From contig NZ_CP049742.1 in NCBI RefSeq assembly GCF_015482585.1, positions 1,693,277-1,725,276 of the forward strand: 32,000 bases of DNA, in the 5' to 3' direction. Position numbers and translations under genes: made by a program. A model generated the notes under the pieces. The model ran no database searches. It was not told the origin of the DNA and saw nothing but the letters and a program-made list of their open reading frames with translations. This document shows positions 8,866 to 17,415 of this stretch, in pieces (the first letter of the stretch is position 1; the number at the start of each line of letters is the position of its first letter). The stretch comes from Mangrovibacillus cuniculi (GTDB lineage: Bacteria; Bacillota; Bacilli; Bacillales; R1DC41).

Positions 8866-9399
8866 TTATACATACCAATGAACAAGGAACTGCTCTTGGT
8901 CTTGTTGAATTAGTTTCGCAGAATGGGTAATTGGTGAATGTAAACACCAATCATTCAACCATTTCGTTAAATCAACTTTCCATTCTCCCATATATTCTAA
9001 AGAAAAAACATAGGTTGTTTCGTCTTTTTGTAAACGAATAAAAAGTCGATTATCTTCATAAGGCTTAGCATTCTCATTTATAAAGGAAAACCATTCATTA
9101 AATGATTTTACTAAATATTCATCTTCTATATCTAGAGTATACCCTTCTTCAAGAATCTCCCATTCAATTTGGAAGGAATGATTCTCCCAATTAAACGTTA
9201 GCAGAGTTTCAGCAAATTGAGGCTTACCTAGATTGGTTAAACGGGAATCTTGCTGAGCTTGTACAATTAAGTCGTCCATTATAGCTTGTACACGTTCCCA
9301 TTTTTGTAACGTTATATTTCCTTTTAATAGCTGAAGTTGATTCATCCAGTCATGCCTTGCATATCTCATTGCTTCTACAACCGTCCAGTTTCCTTTCAT
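8866..9399 (-). CDS. spo0B: Sporulation initiation phosphotransferase B (Spo0B)
   Basis: 177 aa. ARHDWMNQLQLLKGNITLQKWERV matches the B. subtilis Spo0B phospho-histidine helix (SRHDWMNKLQLIKGNLSLQKYDRV). It is positioned directly upstream of obg, with RBS GGTGGGAG. Confidence 0.9.
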   Translation of the reverse strand: MKGNWTVVEAMRYARHDWMNQLQLLKGNITLQKWERVQAIMDDLIVQAQQDSRLTNLGKPQFAETLLTFNWENHSFQIEWEILEEGYTLDIEDEYLVKSFNEWFSFINENAKPYEDNRLFIRLQKDETTYVFSLEYMGEWKVDLTKWLNDWCLHSPITHSAKLIQQDQEQFLVHWYV

Positions 9400-9702
9400 A
9401 CCTACACTCCCACCATTTTCATTTCAGCTTTACCAGGATGAAATGTATTATAGCTACAAAACATATTCCGAACATCTCGTTGTTGTAAGTATAACAAAAA
9501 TTTTCACGATAGGAATAATAGTTCTGTAATCTTCTTACGGAAGATCAACATTTTGTATACGCGACAGAGAAATAAGGTAAGAAAAAATGATGATTATTCT
9601 ATTCCTACCTTATTTCTCCGGGCGATTAGAAAAAATGGGTTTGTAATGAAGCAAGAGCTCTAGCCCGAGAAGGCTAGAGCTCTCTTCTGTCTTATCTAGC
9701 TT

Positions 9703-9737
9703 TTCGATAAAAGAGGCCGTCAACCAAGTTGACAGCC
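9703..9737 (-). terminator. Intrinsic terminator of the rplU-prp-rpmA operon
   Basis: Minus strand: GGCTGTCAAC-TTGG-TTGACGGCC followed by TCTTTTATCG, starting 13 nt after the rpmA stop. Confidence 0.75.
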
Positions 9738-9749
9738 CCATTTCACCTA

Positions 9750-10052
<303 letters not shown>

Positions 10053-10388
10053 CTACCGGTTGAAGGTAATCTTTATAAATTCACCATAATCTGCTTCAAT
10101 GGTTTGCAATTGAACAAGCATTGCCTCTAACAGCAATTGAGTTTTTTCATGTGTTTCCTTCGATAAATCATCAGGGATGATAACCTCTAAGTATCCACCA
10201 TCTTCTCCAAGTTCAATGCCTGGCTGTGTCTCCGTAAGCGTAAGAATCGCATTAACTGCGCCAAACGCTACAGCAGATGCTCCAGCACATACGATATCTT
10301 GACCGTGACCAGCATAATTAGCATGTCCATCCATCGTAAAAGATGTGATGTCACCATTATGTGATCTCGTCATTCGTACAGTAATCAT
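10053..10388 (-). CDS. prp: Ribosomal-processing cysteine protease Prp (YsxB)
   Basis: 111 aa lying between rplU and rpmA. It carries the His/Cys dyad context GHANYAGHGQDIVCAGASA typical of the Prp/YsxB family. Confidence 0.9.
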   Translation of the reverse strand: MITVRMTRSHNGDITSFTMDGHANYAGHGQDIVCAGASAVAFGAVNAILTLTETQPGIELGEDGGYLEVIIPDDLSKETHEKTQLLLEAMLVQLQTIEADYGEFIKITFNR

Positions 10389-10393
10389 ATCGA

Positions 10394-10702
10394 TTACGCG
10401 TTGATGCTTTCGATTGTTACTTTCGTGTACGGTTGACGGTGACCTTGCTTTTTACGGTTGTTTTTCTTCGCTTTGTATTTGAAAACTACGATCTTCTTCG
10501 CGCGACCTTGTTTTTCAACTTTAGCCGTTACAGAAGCGCCTTCAACTAGTGGGCTACCAACTTTAACGTTGTCTCCACCTACGAATAAAACTTTGTCAAA
10601 TGTTACAGTTTCGCCAGCTTCCACGTCTAATTTTTCAATGTAGATCGCTTGACCTTGCTCCACTTTAATTTGCTTACCGCCTGTTTCGATAATTGCGTAC
10701 AT
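10394..10702 (-). CDS. rplU: 50S ribosomal protein L21
   Basis: 102 aa beginning [18 protein letters not shown]. Strong RBS GAGGAGGTG. Confidence 0.97.
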   Translation of the reverse strand: MYAIIETGGKQIKVEQGQAIYIEKLDVEAGETVTFDKVLFVGGDNVKVGSPLVEGASVTAKVEKQGRAKKIVVFKYKAKKNNRKKQGHRQPYTKVTIESINA

Positions 10703-10808
10703 ACTTGCACCTCCTCATAGTCTAAGACTCGCCAATAGCAGGCGGTTAGTAACTAACACTTGTGACCTGTATTGAGCGGTTGTAGCACGGGTGCGCTACA
10801 AACAATAA
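10703..10808 (-). ncRNA. L21 ribosomal-protein leader (5' UTR autoregulatory element, Rfam L21_leader type)
   Basis: A ~105-nt 5' UTR lies between the predicted promoter and rplU. Stacked hairpins are readable on the minus strand (GTAGC..GCTAC, GTTAG..CTAAC, CGCC..GGCG). Position and length fit the known Firmicute L21 leader. It was not verified with a covariance model. Confidence 0.6.
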
Positions 10809-10815
10809 CATTAAA

Positions 10816-10844
10816 AATTTAACATAGTGCCGCACCTATGTCAA
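10816..10844 (-). promoter_or_regulatory. SigA-type promoter of the rplU operon
   Basis: Minus strand: TTGACA (10839-10844), 17-nt spacer, TAAATT (10816-10821), immediately after the rng stop. Confidence 0.55.
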
Positions 10845-10859
10845 TTAAATTATGACAAA

Positions 10860-12290
10860 TTACATTGTAACGAAGATTTCATAATAAGGAGCTTCTCGAT
10901 CCTCTATAATTGGATGTAACGTAACTTGGTAATCTTTCTCTATAGACATAAGATAACCTTTGTCTTTGCCAACAAAGTTCTCCCATGTAGCCGAATCCAC
11001 TTTTATTTGAACGTCTTCGGTCTCTATGCTTGCAATGTGGTCGCGAATAGCTCTGTCCAAGGAATAAGCTGATGCATGAGCAGATTTTCTCCATCCGAAC
11101 CCTGTCTCATGTGAATACCTCTCTAAATGAGTTTCATACCACATCGGCTTTGTTCGTTTTCTTGTGAGCATGACACAACCTAGTTCGTTAAATGGATACA
11201 CCATTACATGTTTCTCATCTTTTTCTACTTGATCCTTTAATGTCTGCAGTACACGTTGCCTTGAACTTTGTGATTTCATATTAATAAAGTCAATGACGAC
11301 CATCCCACTTACATCTCGTAATAACAATTGCTTAGAAACCTCTTTCGCTGCTAGTAAATTGGTTTCTTCAAAAGCTTGTTCTGCATTTCGATTTTTCACT
11401 TGTCTCGCTGTATTGACATCAACTACCGTCATTGCCTCCGTATGTTCAATAGAGATAGATCCCCCATTAGAAAGCCATACTTGCTTTTGAAATACTTTTT
11501 CTTCCGAAGAATGTAAGTCATACTTTGTAAATAAACTTTCTTTCCCGTGATGCCATGTCTTGGTCCAACCCTCTCCAAGAGGAAGTTGTTTCAAGAAGGA
11601 TGCGTCGTCAGAATAGCATTCACCGTTACTACTTTGCGAGATCCAATATTGTAAGTCTTTCCAAAAGAGCGGCACAGGTTGAAGTAAACCTTCTCGTTTT
11701 TCTTGTTGAGCTTTTTTTTGTAACTCTTGGTATTGCTCACGCAGATTTTCTAATTCCAGTTGTAAATCATGCAGCGACCTGTTTGCAGCGTCTGTTCGCA
11801 CCACAACGCCTTCTTGGCCAGTTAACCAGCTTGACACCGCTGTACGTAAATCCTCTCTAATTAGGTCTGGTATCTTCTTTGAAACTGCACAATACTGTCC
11901 AAAAGGCATATAAACAAGAGATACTCCTGCTATTTCTACCAAGTTTGTTAAGACTGCTCCCTTTTGCCCATGTGCCTCTTTTTCCACTTGGACTAAAATA
12001 CGCTGTCCTTGAGGAAGAAATTTAGACGGTGCTATATCTTTCTTATTAGGATGATCTGACTCTGCGAATTTCACCGTCTTTTGCTTCGTCAAATACCCTT
12101 TCTTTTCTTCTCCAATTTCCACGAATGCAGCGTTAATACCGCTATGGACAGAATCAATTCTACCTATGTAATAAGATCCTTGCTGACCAGCATCATCACT
12201 AGAAGCTGTTCGGTAGTAGACCAATTTTCCGTCTTGCAAGACCGCCAATCGCTTTTCTAACCCTTTTAGCTCTATATATAAACTAATCAC
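10860..12290 (-). CDS. rng: Ribonuclease, Rne/Rng (RNase E/G) family
   Basis: S1 domain (GRIDSVHSGINAAFVEIGEEKKGYL) and catalytic-core motifs (VVDVNTAR, VVIDFINM). The ORF is open to a GTG at 12371, but that codon has no spaced RBS. The GTG at 12290 (VISLYIELKGLEKRLAVLQDGKLV) follows AAAGGAAG by 7 nt and matches typical RNase G N-termini. Confidence 0.85.
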   Translation of the reverse strand: MISLYIELKGLEKRLAVLQDGKLVYYRTASSDDAGQQGSYYIGRIDSVHSGINAAFVEIGEEKKGYLTKQKTVKFAESDHPNKKDIAPSKFLPQGQRILVQVEKEAHGQKGAVLTNLVEIAGVSLVYMPFGQYCAVSKKIPDLIREDLRTAVSSWLTGQEGVVVRTDAANRSLHDLQLELENLREQYQELQKKAQQEKREGLLQPVPLFWKDLQYWISQSSNGECYSDDASFLKQLPLGEGWTKTWHHGKESLFTKYDLHSSEEKVFQKQVWLSNGGSISIEHTEAMTVVDVNTARQVKNRNAEQAFEETNLLAAKEVSKQLLLRDVSGMVVIDFINMKSQSSRQRVLQTLKDQVEKDEKHVMVYPFNELGCVMLTRKRTKPMWYETHLERYSHETGFGWRKSAHASAYSLDRAIRDHIASIETEDVQIKVDSATWENFVGKDKGYLMSIEKDYQVTLHPIIEDREAPYYEIFVTM

Positions 12291-12440
12291 GTTACCGCTT
12301 CCTTTCTTCGTTATTTCCTTTGGAGCGCATGAAATTTGTTTTATTCTTTTATAACCGATGTATTCTATCACTCTTCGTGAGTTTAAGCCCCTCTTATTCT
12401 CGCCAAGCAGCTATTTTTCTCCGCATTAATGAGTTTAAAA

Positions 12441-12474
12441 GCCAAAAAGCCACTAACCATTAAGTTAGTAGCCC
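12441..12474 (-). terminator. Intrinsic terminator after spoIVFB
   Basis: Minus-strand RNA: GGCUACUAAC-UUAAUG-GUUAGUGGCU followed by UUUUGG. One G-U pair forms only in the minus-strand sense. Confidence 0.7.
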
Positions 12475-12489
12475 TATTATATCGTAAGC

Positions 12490-13359
12490 TTATTCATAAA
12501 AATAGACAAGTTCACGCAGCGTTACCTTTGGTCGTTTTTCCGTGAACATGCTATGTAGAATTTCATTTTCGTCTAATGTCACCACTTCTACTCCGTCTTC
12601 TATAACGATTACAGCATGTTTGACACCACGTGAAAAACGTTGAGAAACTTGCAAAACCGTTTCTTCGATATCTACTTTTAACGGAACAATCTTTCTCCCT
12701 ATATCATGCTGGCCATAATACCTGTCCATTAAAAAACGTTGGAAAGTATAGTGTCTATGCTTATATTGGTAAGATAAAATAAAATATAGGTAAAGAATGA
12801 CAACCCATCCATTAAGATGTGTCGGTGCCACAAATAGCGTAAACAGCGCAAACAAGGATAGTGTCACAAAAGATAGAAGTAGTGTCCGTTTGTATCCTTC
12901 TAAGAAAGGTTGCGCCACATTGCATAGAAGGAGAATTAATTTACCGCCATCCAAAGGATAAATTGGGAGTAGATTAAAAAAAGCAATCATGATATTAGCT
13001 TGAACAAAAAACGCAAAAAGTGAATCAGGTAAAATTCCTACAATTGCAAGTCCCCACATCACGAAGGCTAGCCAAATCTGTTGGAGTGGGCCTGCCACAG
13101 TAACCCACCATTCTTCCTGCCATGGTCTATTTCCACTTTCTTCTACTACTAAAACACCACCAAAAGGCAGCAACTGAACCTTTTTTATTCTCCACTTAAA
13201 GTGAGTAGCCACAAGAAAATGCCCCATCTCATGGACAATGATAATTAGAAAAACGATCGCTAACTCATAAAAGCGACCAGTTGCGATAGCAATAGCTGCT
13301 ACTAGCCAAAATAAAGGATGTATACGCCACTTCATTAATAGCGATAATATCTTATTCAA
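12490..13359 (-). CDS. spoIVFB: Pro-sigmaK processing intramembrane metalloprotease SpoIVFB (S2P family)
   Basis: 289 aa and polytopic. It has HEMGH and NLLPIYPLDGG zinc-site motifs and a C-terminal CBS-like region. It overlaps the spoIVFA stop by 8 nt. Confidence 0.92.
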   Translation of the reverse strand: MNKILSLLMKWRIHPLFWLVAAIAIATGRFYELAIVFLIIIVHEMGHFLVATHFKWRIKKVQLLPFGGVLVVEESGNRPWQEEWWVTVAGPLQQIWLAFVMWGLAIVGILPDSLFAFFVQANIMIAFFNLLPIYPLDGGKLILLLCNVAQPFLEGYKRTLLLSFVTLSLFALFTLFVAPTHLNGWVVILYLYFILSYQYKHRHYTFQRFLMDRYYGQHDIGRKIVPLKVDIEETVLQVSQRFSRGVKHAVIVIEDGVEVVTLDENEILHSMFTEKRPKVTLRELVYFYE

Positions 13360-14119
13360 ATGGTATCACCTGAATTGGGTCAATAAAAGAACCACTTTGC
13401 TCTATGGCAAAGTAAAACGTTCCTCCGTCCCCTTGTTCTTTGTCTGACACGAAACCTACAGAACGGCCACTCTCGATTCTTTCATACGGAGAGACTGTCA
13501 CATCTGATAGACCCCCATACCAAGAAGATGTTTTATCGTCATGCTGGATAATGACTGTGTTACCTGTCCCTTCTTTTTGTCCAACAAAGATGACTTGTCC
13601 ACCTTTCATCGCCTCTACATTTGCACCTACAGTCGTCTCAATTAACACACCTTTTGTTTGCTCAGAGAATTCCTTTACGACTCTTCCACTTGCAGGAATA
13701 GAGTAATCTGTTGTAACAGCAACACCAGGACTATTTGATGGTAGCTTAGGTAAAATGGCTAGTGGTTCTCCAAATCGCTCTTCATACCAAGCAGATACGG
13801 CAGCGAACTGGAATTCACTTGTCATGGTTTGCTTAACAAATTGTTGAATTGGTAACGCTTGAGGTGTACTTGATTTATACACGATTGCTACAACTAAGAT
13901 CAGAACGCAGGAGGCAAGAACCTTTAATAAAAAAGTACCCTTATTAAATAATGGGTGCTCAGATCGCTCCGATGGATCCGCTTCATATACCGCGTACTCT
14001 CGTTCATTAGATAATTGATATAAAGGTAGACTATCTTTTGATTTTGAAGTTGAATTGGTAGAGTGATTTTGTCTTCTTTTTTGTAACTGTTTTCTAATTT
14101 GATCCGCTCGATTAGACAC
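13352..14119 (-). CDS. spoIVFA: Stage IV sporulation protein FA (SpoIVFA, degenerate LytM/M23 domain)
   Basis: The GTG at 14119 (VSNRADQIRKQLQKRRQ) matches the B. subtilis N-terminus MSHRADEIRKRLEKRRKQ and follows AAGGGGG by 8 nt. There is one TM segment, EFQFAAVSAWYEERFGEPLA, and a C-terminal M23-like fold. The ORF-track extension to 14221 has no support. Confidence 0.88.
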   Translation of the reverse strand: MSNRADQIRKQLQKRRQNHSTNSTSKSKDSLPLYQLSNEREYAVYEADPSERSEHPLFNKGTFLLKVLASCVLILVVAIVYKSSTPQALPIQQFVKQTMTSEFQFAAVSAWYEERFGEPLAILPKLPSNSPGVAVTTDYSIPASGRVVKEFSEQTKGVLIETTVGANVEAMKGGQVIFVGQKEGTGNTVIIQHDDKTSSWYGGLSDVTVSPYERIESGRSVGFVSDKEQGDGGTFYFAIEQSGSFIDPIQVIPFE

Positions 14120-14191
14120 TTCAATTTCCCCCTTATGGACAAGTACTGTTATGAAATTATATGAGGGATAAGGGAAAAAAGAACATAAAGA

Positions 14192-14237
14192 AAAACAGTT
14201 TCCAAAGTTATAAGATTTCAACTCAGAAAACTGTTTT
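14192..14237 (-). terminator. Weak terminator-like hairpin after minD
   Basis: Minus strand: AAAACAGTTT pairs with AAACTGTTTT (10 bp, 26-nt loop), followed by TCTTTATGTTCTTTTTT. The stem is AU-rich and the loop is large, so termination is at best partial. Confidence 0.3.
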
Positions 14238-14243
14238 CACTAA

Positions 14244-15047
14244 TTATTTAACACCTAATAATTTTTTGATTTTCGAAAATACACCTTTTCCACTTTCATC
14301 TAAAGATTGTAAAGGCACAGATTCTCCTAAAATACGTCTAGCAATGTTTCTGTATGCAATGGATGCTTTATTATTGGGTGACAAAGCGATTGGCTCACCT
14401 TTATTAGAAGACGTAATCACATCATCATCATCTAAAACAATACCGATTAAATCGATGGATAAATGTGCTGTAATTTCATCGACATCCAGCATATCGCCAT
14501 TTTTCATCATGTGATTACGAATACGATTTATGACTAATCGAGGTGGTGCAATATCTTTCTCTTGTTCTAATAAACCAATAATACGATCTGCGTCACGGAC
14601 AGAAGAAATCTCTGGATTTGTTACAACAATTGCTTGATCAGCACCTGCTACCGCATTTTTATACCCTTGCTCAATTCCAGCTGGGCAATCAATAATGACA
14701 TAATCATAGATTGATTTAAGCTCTTGGACTAGTTCTTTCATTTGATGTGGTTGTACTGCTGTTTTGTCACTAGTTTGAGCTGCAGGAAGTAAGTACAATT
14801 GATCGTCGAAACGCTTATCCTTTACAAGAGCTTGGTGAAGCTTACAACGACCCTCTATAACGTCTACTAGATCATAGATAATGCGGTTTTCTAACCCCAT
14901 CACAACGTCTAAATTTCGTAAACCAATATCTGTATCTACTAAACACACTTTTTTCCCTTGTAAAGCTAATGAAGTTCCAATATTTGCGGTAGTTGTTGTT
15001 TTTCCAACTCCACCTTTTCCTGATGTAATAACTATAGCTACACCCAC
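14244..15047 (-). CDS. minD: Septum site-determining ATPase MinD
   Basis: 267 aa, very similar to B. subtilis MinD throughout (AIVITSGKGGVGKTTT, DTDIGLRNLDVVMGLENRIIYDLVDV). GTG start, with its RBS AAGGAGGA inside the end of minC. Confidence 0.97.
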   Translation of the reverse strand: MGVAIVITSGKGGVGKTTTTANIGTSLALQGKKVCLVDTDIGLRNLDVVMGLENRIIYDLVDVIEGRCKLHQALVKDKRFDDQLYLLPAAQTSDKTAVQPHQMKELVQELKSIYDYVIIDCPAGIEQGYKNAVAGADQAIVVTNPEISSVRDADRIIGLLEQEKDIAPPRLVINRIRNHMMKNGDMLDVDEITAHLSIDLIGIVLDDDDVITSSNKGEPIALSPNNKASIAYRNIARRILGESVPLQSLDESGKGVFSKIKKLLGVK

Positions 15048-15049
15048 GA

Positions 15050-15733
15050 CTAAAATCCTCCTTTAAATCTCGTAAGATTCGGTCTTATAGTCTTTAAAAC
15101 TTGTAATCGATCTACAACCATGTGTTCTTCTTCATCTAGGTAGGCACATTCCATTCCACCAATCTCCGTTTCCTTATGATCTGGGGCACGGTGGATTTGC
15201 TCTGCAATTCGCAACTGCATTGGTCTCATAGAGGATGCTACAATAACTGCCTCTGAATCACCTTCACAACCAGCGTGTGCTATACCTTTTAAACTACCCA
15301 TAATGTAAATATTTCCTGTTGCACGAAGAGTACCACCTGGGTTTACGTCACCAATTAGTAGAACGTCACCACGAATAGTTACTACTTGACCAGATCGAAC
15401 GAAGCTGGAGATAGAATGAATAGTAGACTCTTCTGAACGCTTTTTCGCTTCGTCTAGAGAGATAACATTTGAATGAATAGAGTCCACTTTTACATGTCCT
15501 GTAGACTCAATCAGTTCATTTAGTTCTTTTTCTTCTTCTTTTGCTAAGTAACGATTGCCCACGTGGACTCGAACCAGTGTTGCATGTTGGTCTTGCTCTT
15601 TAACTGCTGTACCATGTTGCGTAAGTTTTGATATTAATTCGTCTTTTAGCTCATGGATAGAGCATTTATCGTGTAAATGAAGGTTTAAACCTTCCTTTGT
15701 TCCTTTTATCATGACTAACTGTGTCTTTTTCAT
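15050..15733 (-). CDS. minC: Septum site-determining protein MinC
   Basis: 227 aa. IKGTKEGLNLHL at the N-terminus and a C-terminal beta-helix (GDVNPGGTLRATGNIYIMGSLKGIAHAG) match MinC. Confidence 0.95.
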   Translation of the reverse strand: MKKTQLVMIKGTKEGLNLHLHDKCSIHELKDELISKLTQHGTAVKEQDQHATLVRVHVGNRYLAKEEEKELNELIESTGHVKVDSIHSNVISLDEAKKRSEESTIHSISSFVRSGQVVTIRGDVLLIGDVNPGGTLRATGNIYIMGSLKGIAHAGCEGDSEAVIVASSMRPMQLRIAEQIHRAPDHKETEIGGMECAYLDEEEHMVVDRLQVLKTIRPNLTRFKGGF

Positions 15734-15788
15734 TGTGCAATTTTCACCTCAAGGATGGGGTATTCGACATAAAGGGATAGAATTCCTT

Positions 15789-16322
15789 CTATCTTCGACC
15801 AGTTTCTTCAATAAATTGTCGTTTTGTTATGACAAACCACCTTCTAAATGGGTAACAAACAACAATATAGAAACAAAGATTGATGACTATTGTACTCCAA
15901 AGTCTAAGTTGAGCATATTCTTCTAGTTGCATGGAGTACCCAAATAAGAGTCCATCTAAGAAATAAGCTAAGATATCTACTATTCCAACCATTAAACAAG
16001 TAACAAAACCAATTACGACTAAGTGATGTTGTAATACTTTCATTAGTTTTACTGTAAAATAGGCTGCAATAAAAAATGTAAAGAGATATACGCCAATTAC
16101 TTGCGTATAAAATAAATCAAATAATAAGCCAAATAACGCAGCAAATGCGTATGTAACAGACTTATCGTAATAAGATGCACTCAAAACGATACAAACGACA
16201 AGAAAGTGAGGAATATACAAATAACTATCTGAGAAAACCAAATGTGGAAATAATGTAATCCAAACGTTTTCTGCAAAAAAACAAGCACTGAGTAGAATAA
16301 ACGGCTTCAAATAAGCTTTCAT
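15789..16322 (-). CDS. mreD: Rod shape-determining protein MreD
   Basis: 177 aa, polytopic and hydrophobic. The start is 1 nt after the mreC stop, in the conserved mreBCD order. Confidence 0.88.
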   Translation of the reverse strand: MKAYLKPFILLSACFFAENVWITLFPHLVFSDSYLYIPHFLVVCIVLSASYYDKSVTYAFAALFGLLFDLFYTQVIGVYLFTFFIAAYFTVKLMKVLQHHLVVIGFVTCLMVGIVDILAYFLDGLLFGYSMQLEEYAQLRLWSTIVINLCFYIVVCYPFRRWFVITKRQFIEETGRR

Positions 16323-16323
16323 C

Positions 16324-17202
16324 TTATTGTTCCACTTCCTCAGGTGTTGCTTCAGGTATATCTGGGCTAACCATAGAGCGCTCTACTACCATCACGTGTT
16401 CCAAATCGTACAAATCTGCTGCAGGAATAATATAAGCCGTTTGTGTCAATCCTAGTGGGTCCGCTTCAACTTTTTCTACTTCTCCAATTGGGAGACCAGC
16501 AGGGAAAATCCCTCCTAATCCAGAAGTCTCGACTAATTCGCCTTCTTTTACCTCTACATCATAAGGAATTCTTTTTAACAGTAATCGATCAGACTTGTCA
16601 TCATATCCTTCAATTAACCCAAAGATTCGGTCTTCTGATTGGATTAATGCGGAAATACGATTTTCAGGATTTCGGGTTGACACTAATTCCACTGTGGATG
16701 TCAGCTGAGAGGTGCTAACCACTTTCCCTATTAATCCTTTTGAACTTCTAACGGCCATGTCTGTTTCTACACCATGTACTTGTCCTTTATTGATAACTAC
16801 CAAGTCTTGTAACCTTGCTGGATTACGAGCAATGACTGTCGCTTGAATGTGTGTATAATCACGTAAATTGTCTTGAATATCAAGCATTTCACGCAACTTA
16901 TCATTATCTTGCTTTAAATCATATACATCAGCTTTTAATTGAGCTAATTCTTCTAGTTGTGCTTTTAAACGCCCATTTTCTTCGTATGTATTTCGCAAGT
17001 CTTGAACGTCCTCAAAGAAACCCGCTACTCCATTAGCGGGGCGGGAAAAGATGGATTGACCGAAGCCAACGATGTCCTTCAGAAATTGTTCTGGGACTGT
17101 GGTGTTTTCACGATCTCTAAGGGAAAATCCAAGCAATGCGACCAGAATAATAATGCCGATCAACAACATTAACAAACGTTTATTTAAAAAGAAAGATGGC
17201 AT
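16324..17202 (-). CDS. mreC: Rod shape-determining protein MreC
   Basis: N-terminal TM (NKRLLMLLIGIIILVALLGFSL), a coiled coil, and a C-terminal beta domain (GGIFPAGLPIGEV). The ATG at 17202 follows GAGGTGA. The ORF-track start at 17211 is the GTG within that RBS. Confidence 0.93.
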   Translation of the reverse strand: MPSFFLNKRLLMLLIGIIILVALLGFSLRDRENTTVPEQFLKDIVGFGQSIFSRPANGVAGFFEDVQDLRNTYEENGRLKAQLEELAQLKADVYDLKQDNDKLREMLDIQDNLRDYTHIQATVIARNPARLQDLVVINKGQVHGVETDMAVRSSKGLIGKVVSTSQLTSTVELVSTRNPENRISALIQSEDRIFGLIEGYDDKSDRLLLKRIPYDVEVKEGELVETSGLGGIFPAGLPIGEVEKVEADPLGLTQTAYIIPAADLYDLEHVMVVERSMVSPDIPEATPEEVEQ

Positions 17203-17265
17203 TTTCTTCACCTCATTGCGTTGTCTATTCAGTATTTTGTTGCTTAGTTTAGCTGTAGCGCTATG

Positions 17266-17402
17266 ATTTTCGACTCATTCGTGTCAAGCTACGCTTTACA
17301 CGCCTTTCAGCTTCACTGAAAGGTAGATAGATTTGTATCAAGTCTTTCGGAAAGCAGGATTTCCTTCGACATGATTCAAATCTATCTAAATGAGTCGAAA
17401 AT
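17266..17402. other. 137-nt perfectly nested four-way-junction palindromic element in the mreB-mreC spacer
   Basis: P1: 17266-17279 pairs with 17389-17402 (14 bp, perfect). P4: 17280-17284/17298-17302 (5 bp). P3: 17303-17310/17316-17323 (8 bp). P2: 17324-17335/17377-17388 (12 bp, perfect), with further pairing inside. The four helices abut with zero unpaired junction nucleotides. All pairs are Watson-Crick, so the functional strand cannot be inferred. Confidence 0.8.
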
Positions 17403-17415
17403 ACGTTAAACTATG

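Noticed and set aside
14120-14190. SigE-type promoter for spoIVFA (CATATAAT about 45 nt upstream of the GTG)
   Set aside because: The -10-like CATATAAT resembles the sigmaE CATACA-T box, but I could not identify a matching -35 element with confidence. It is left unannotated.
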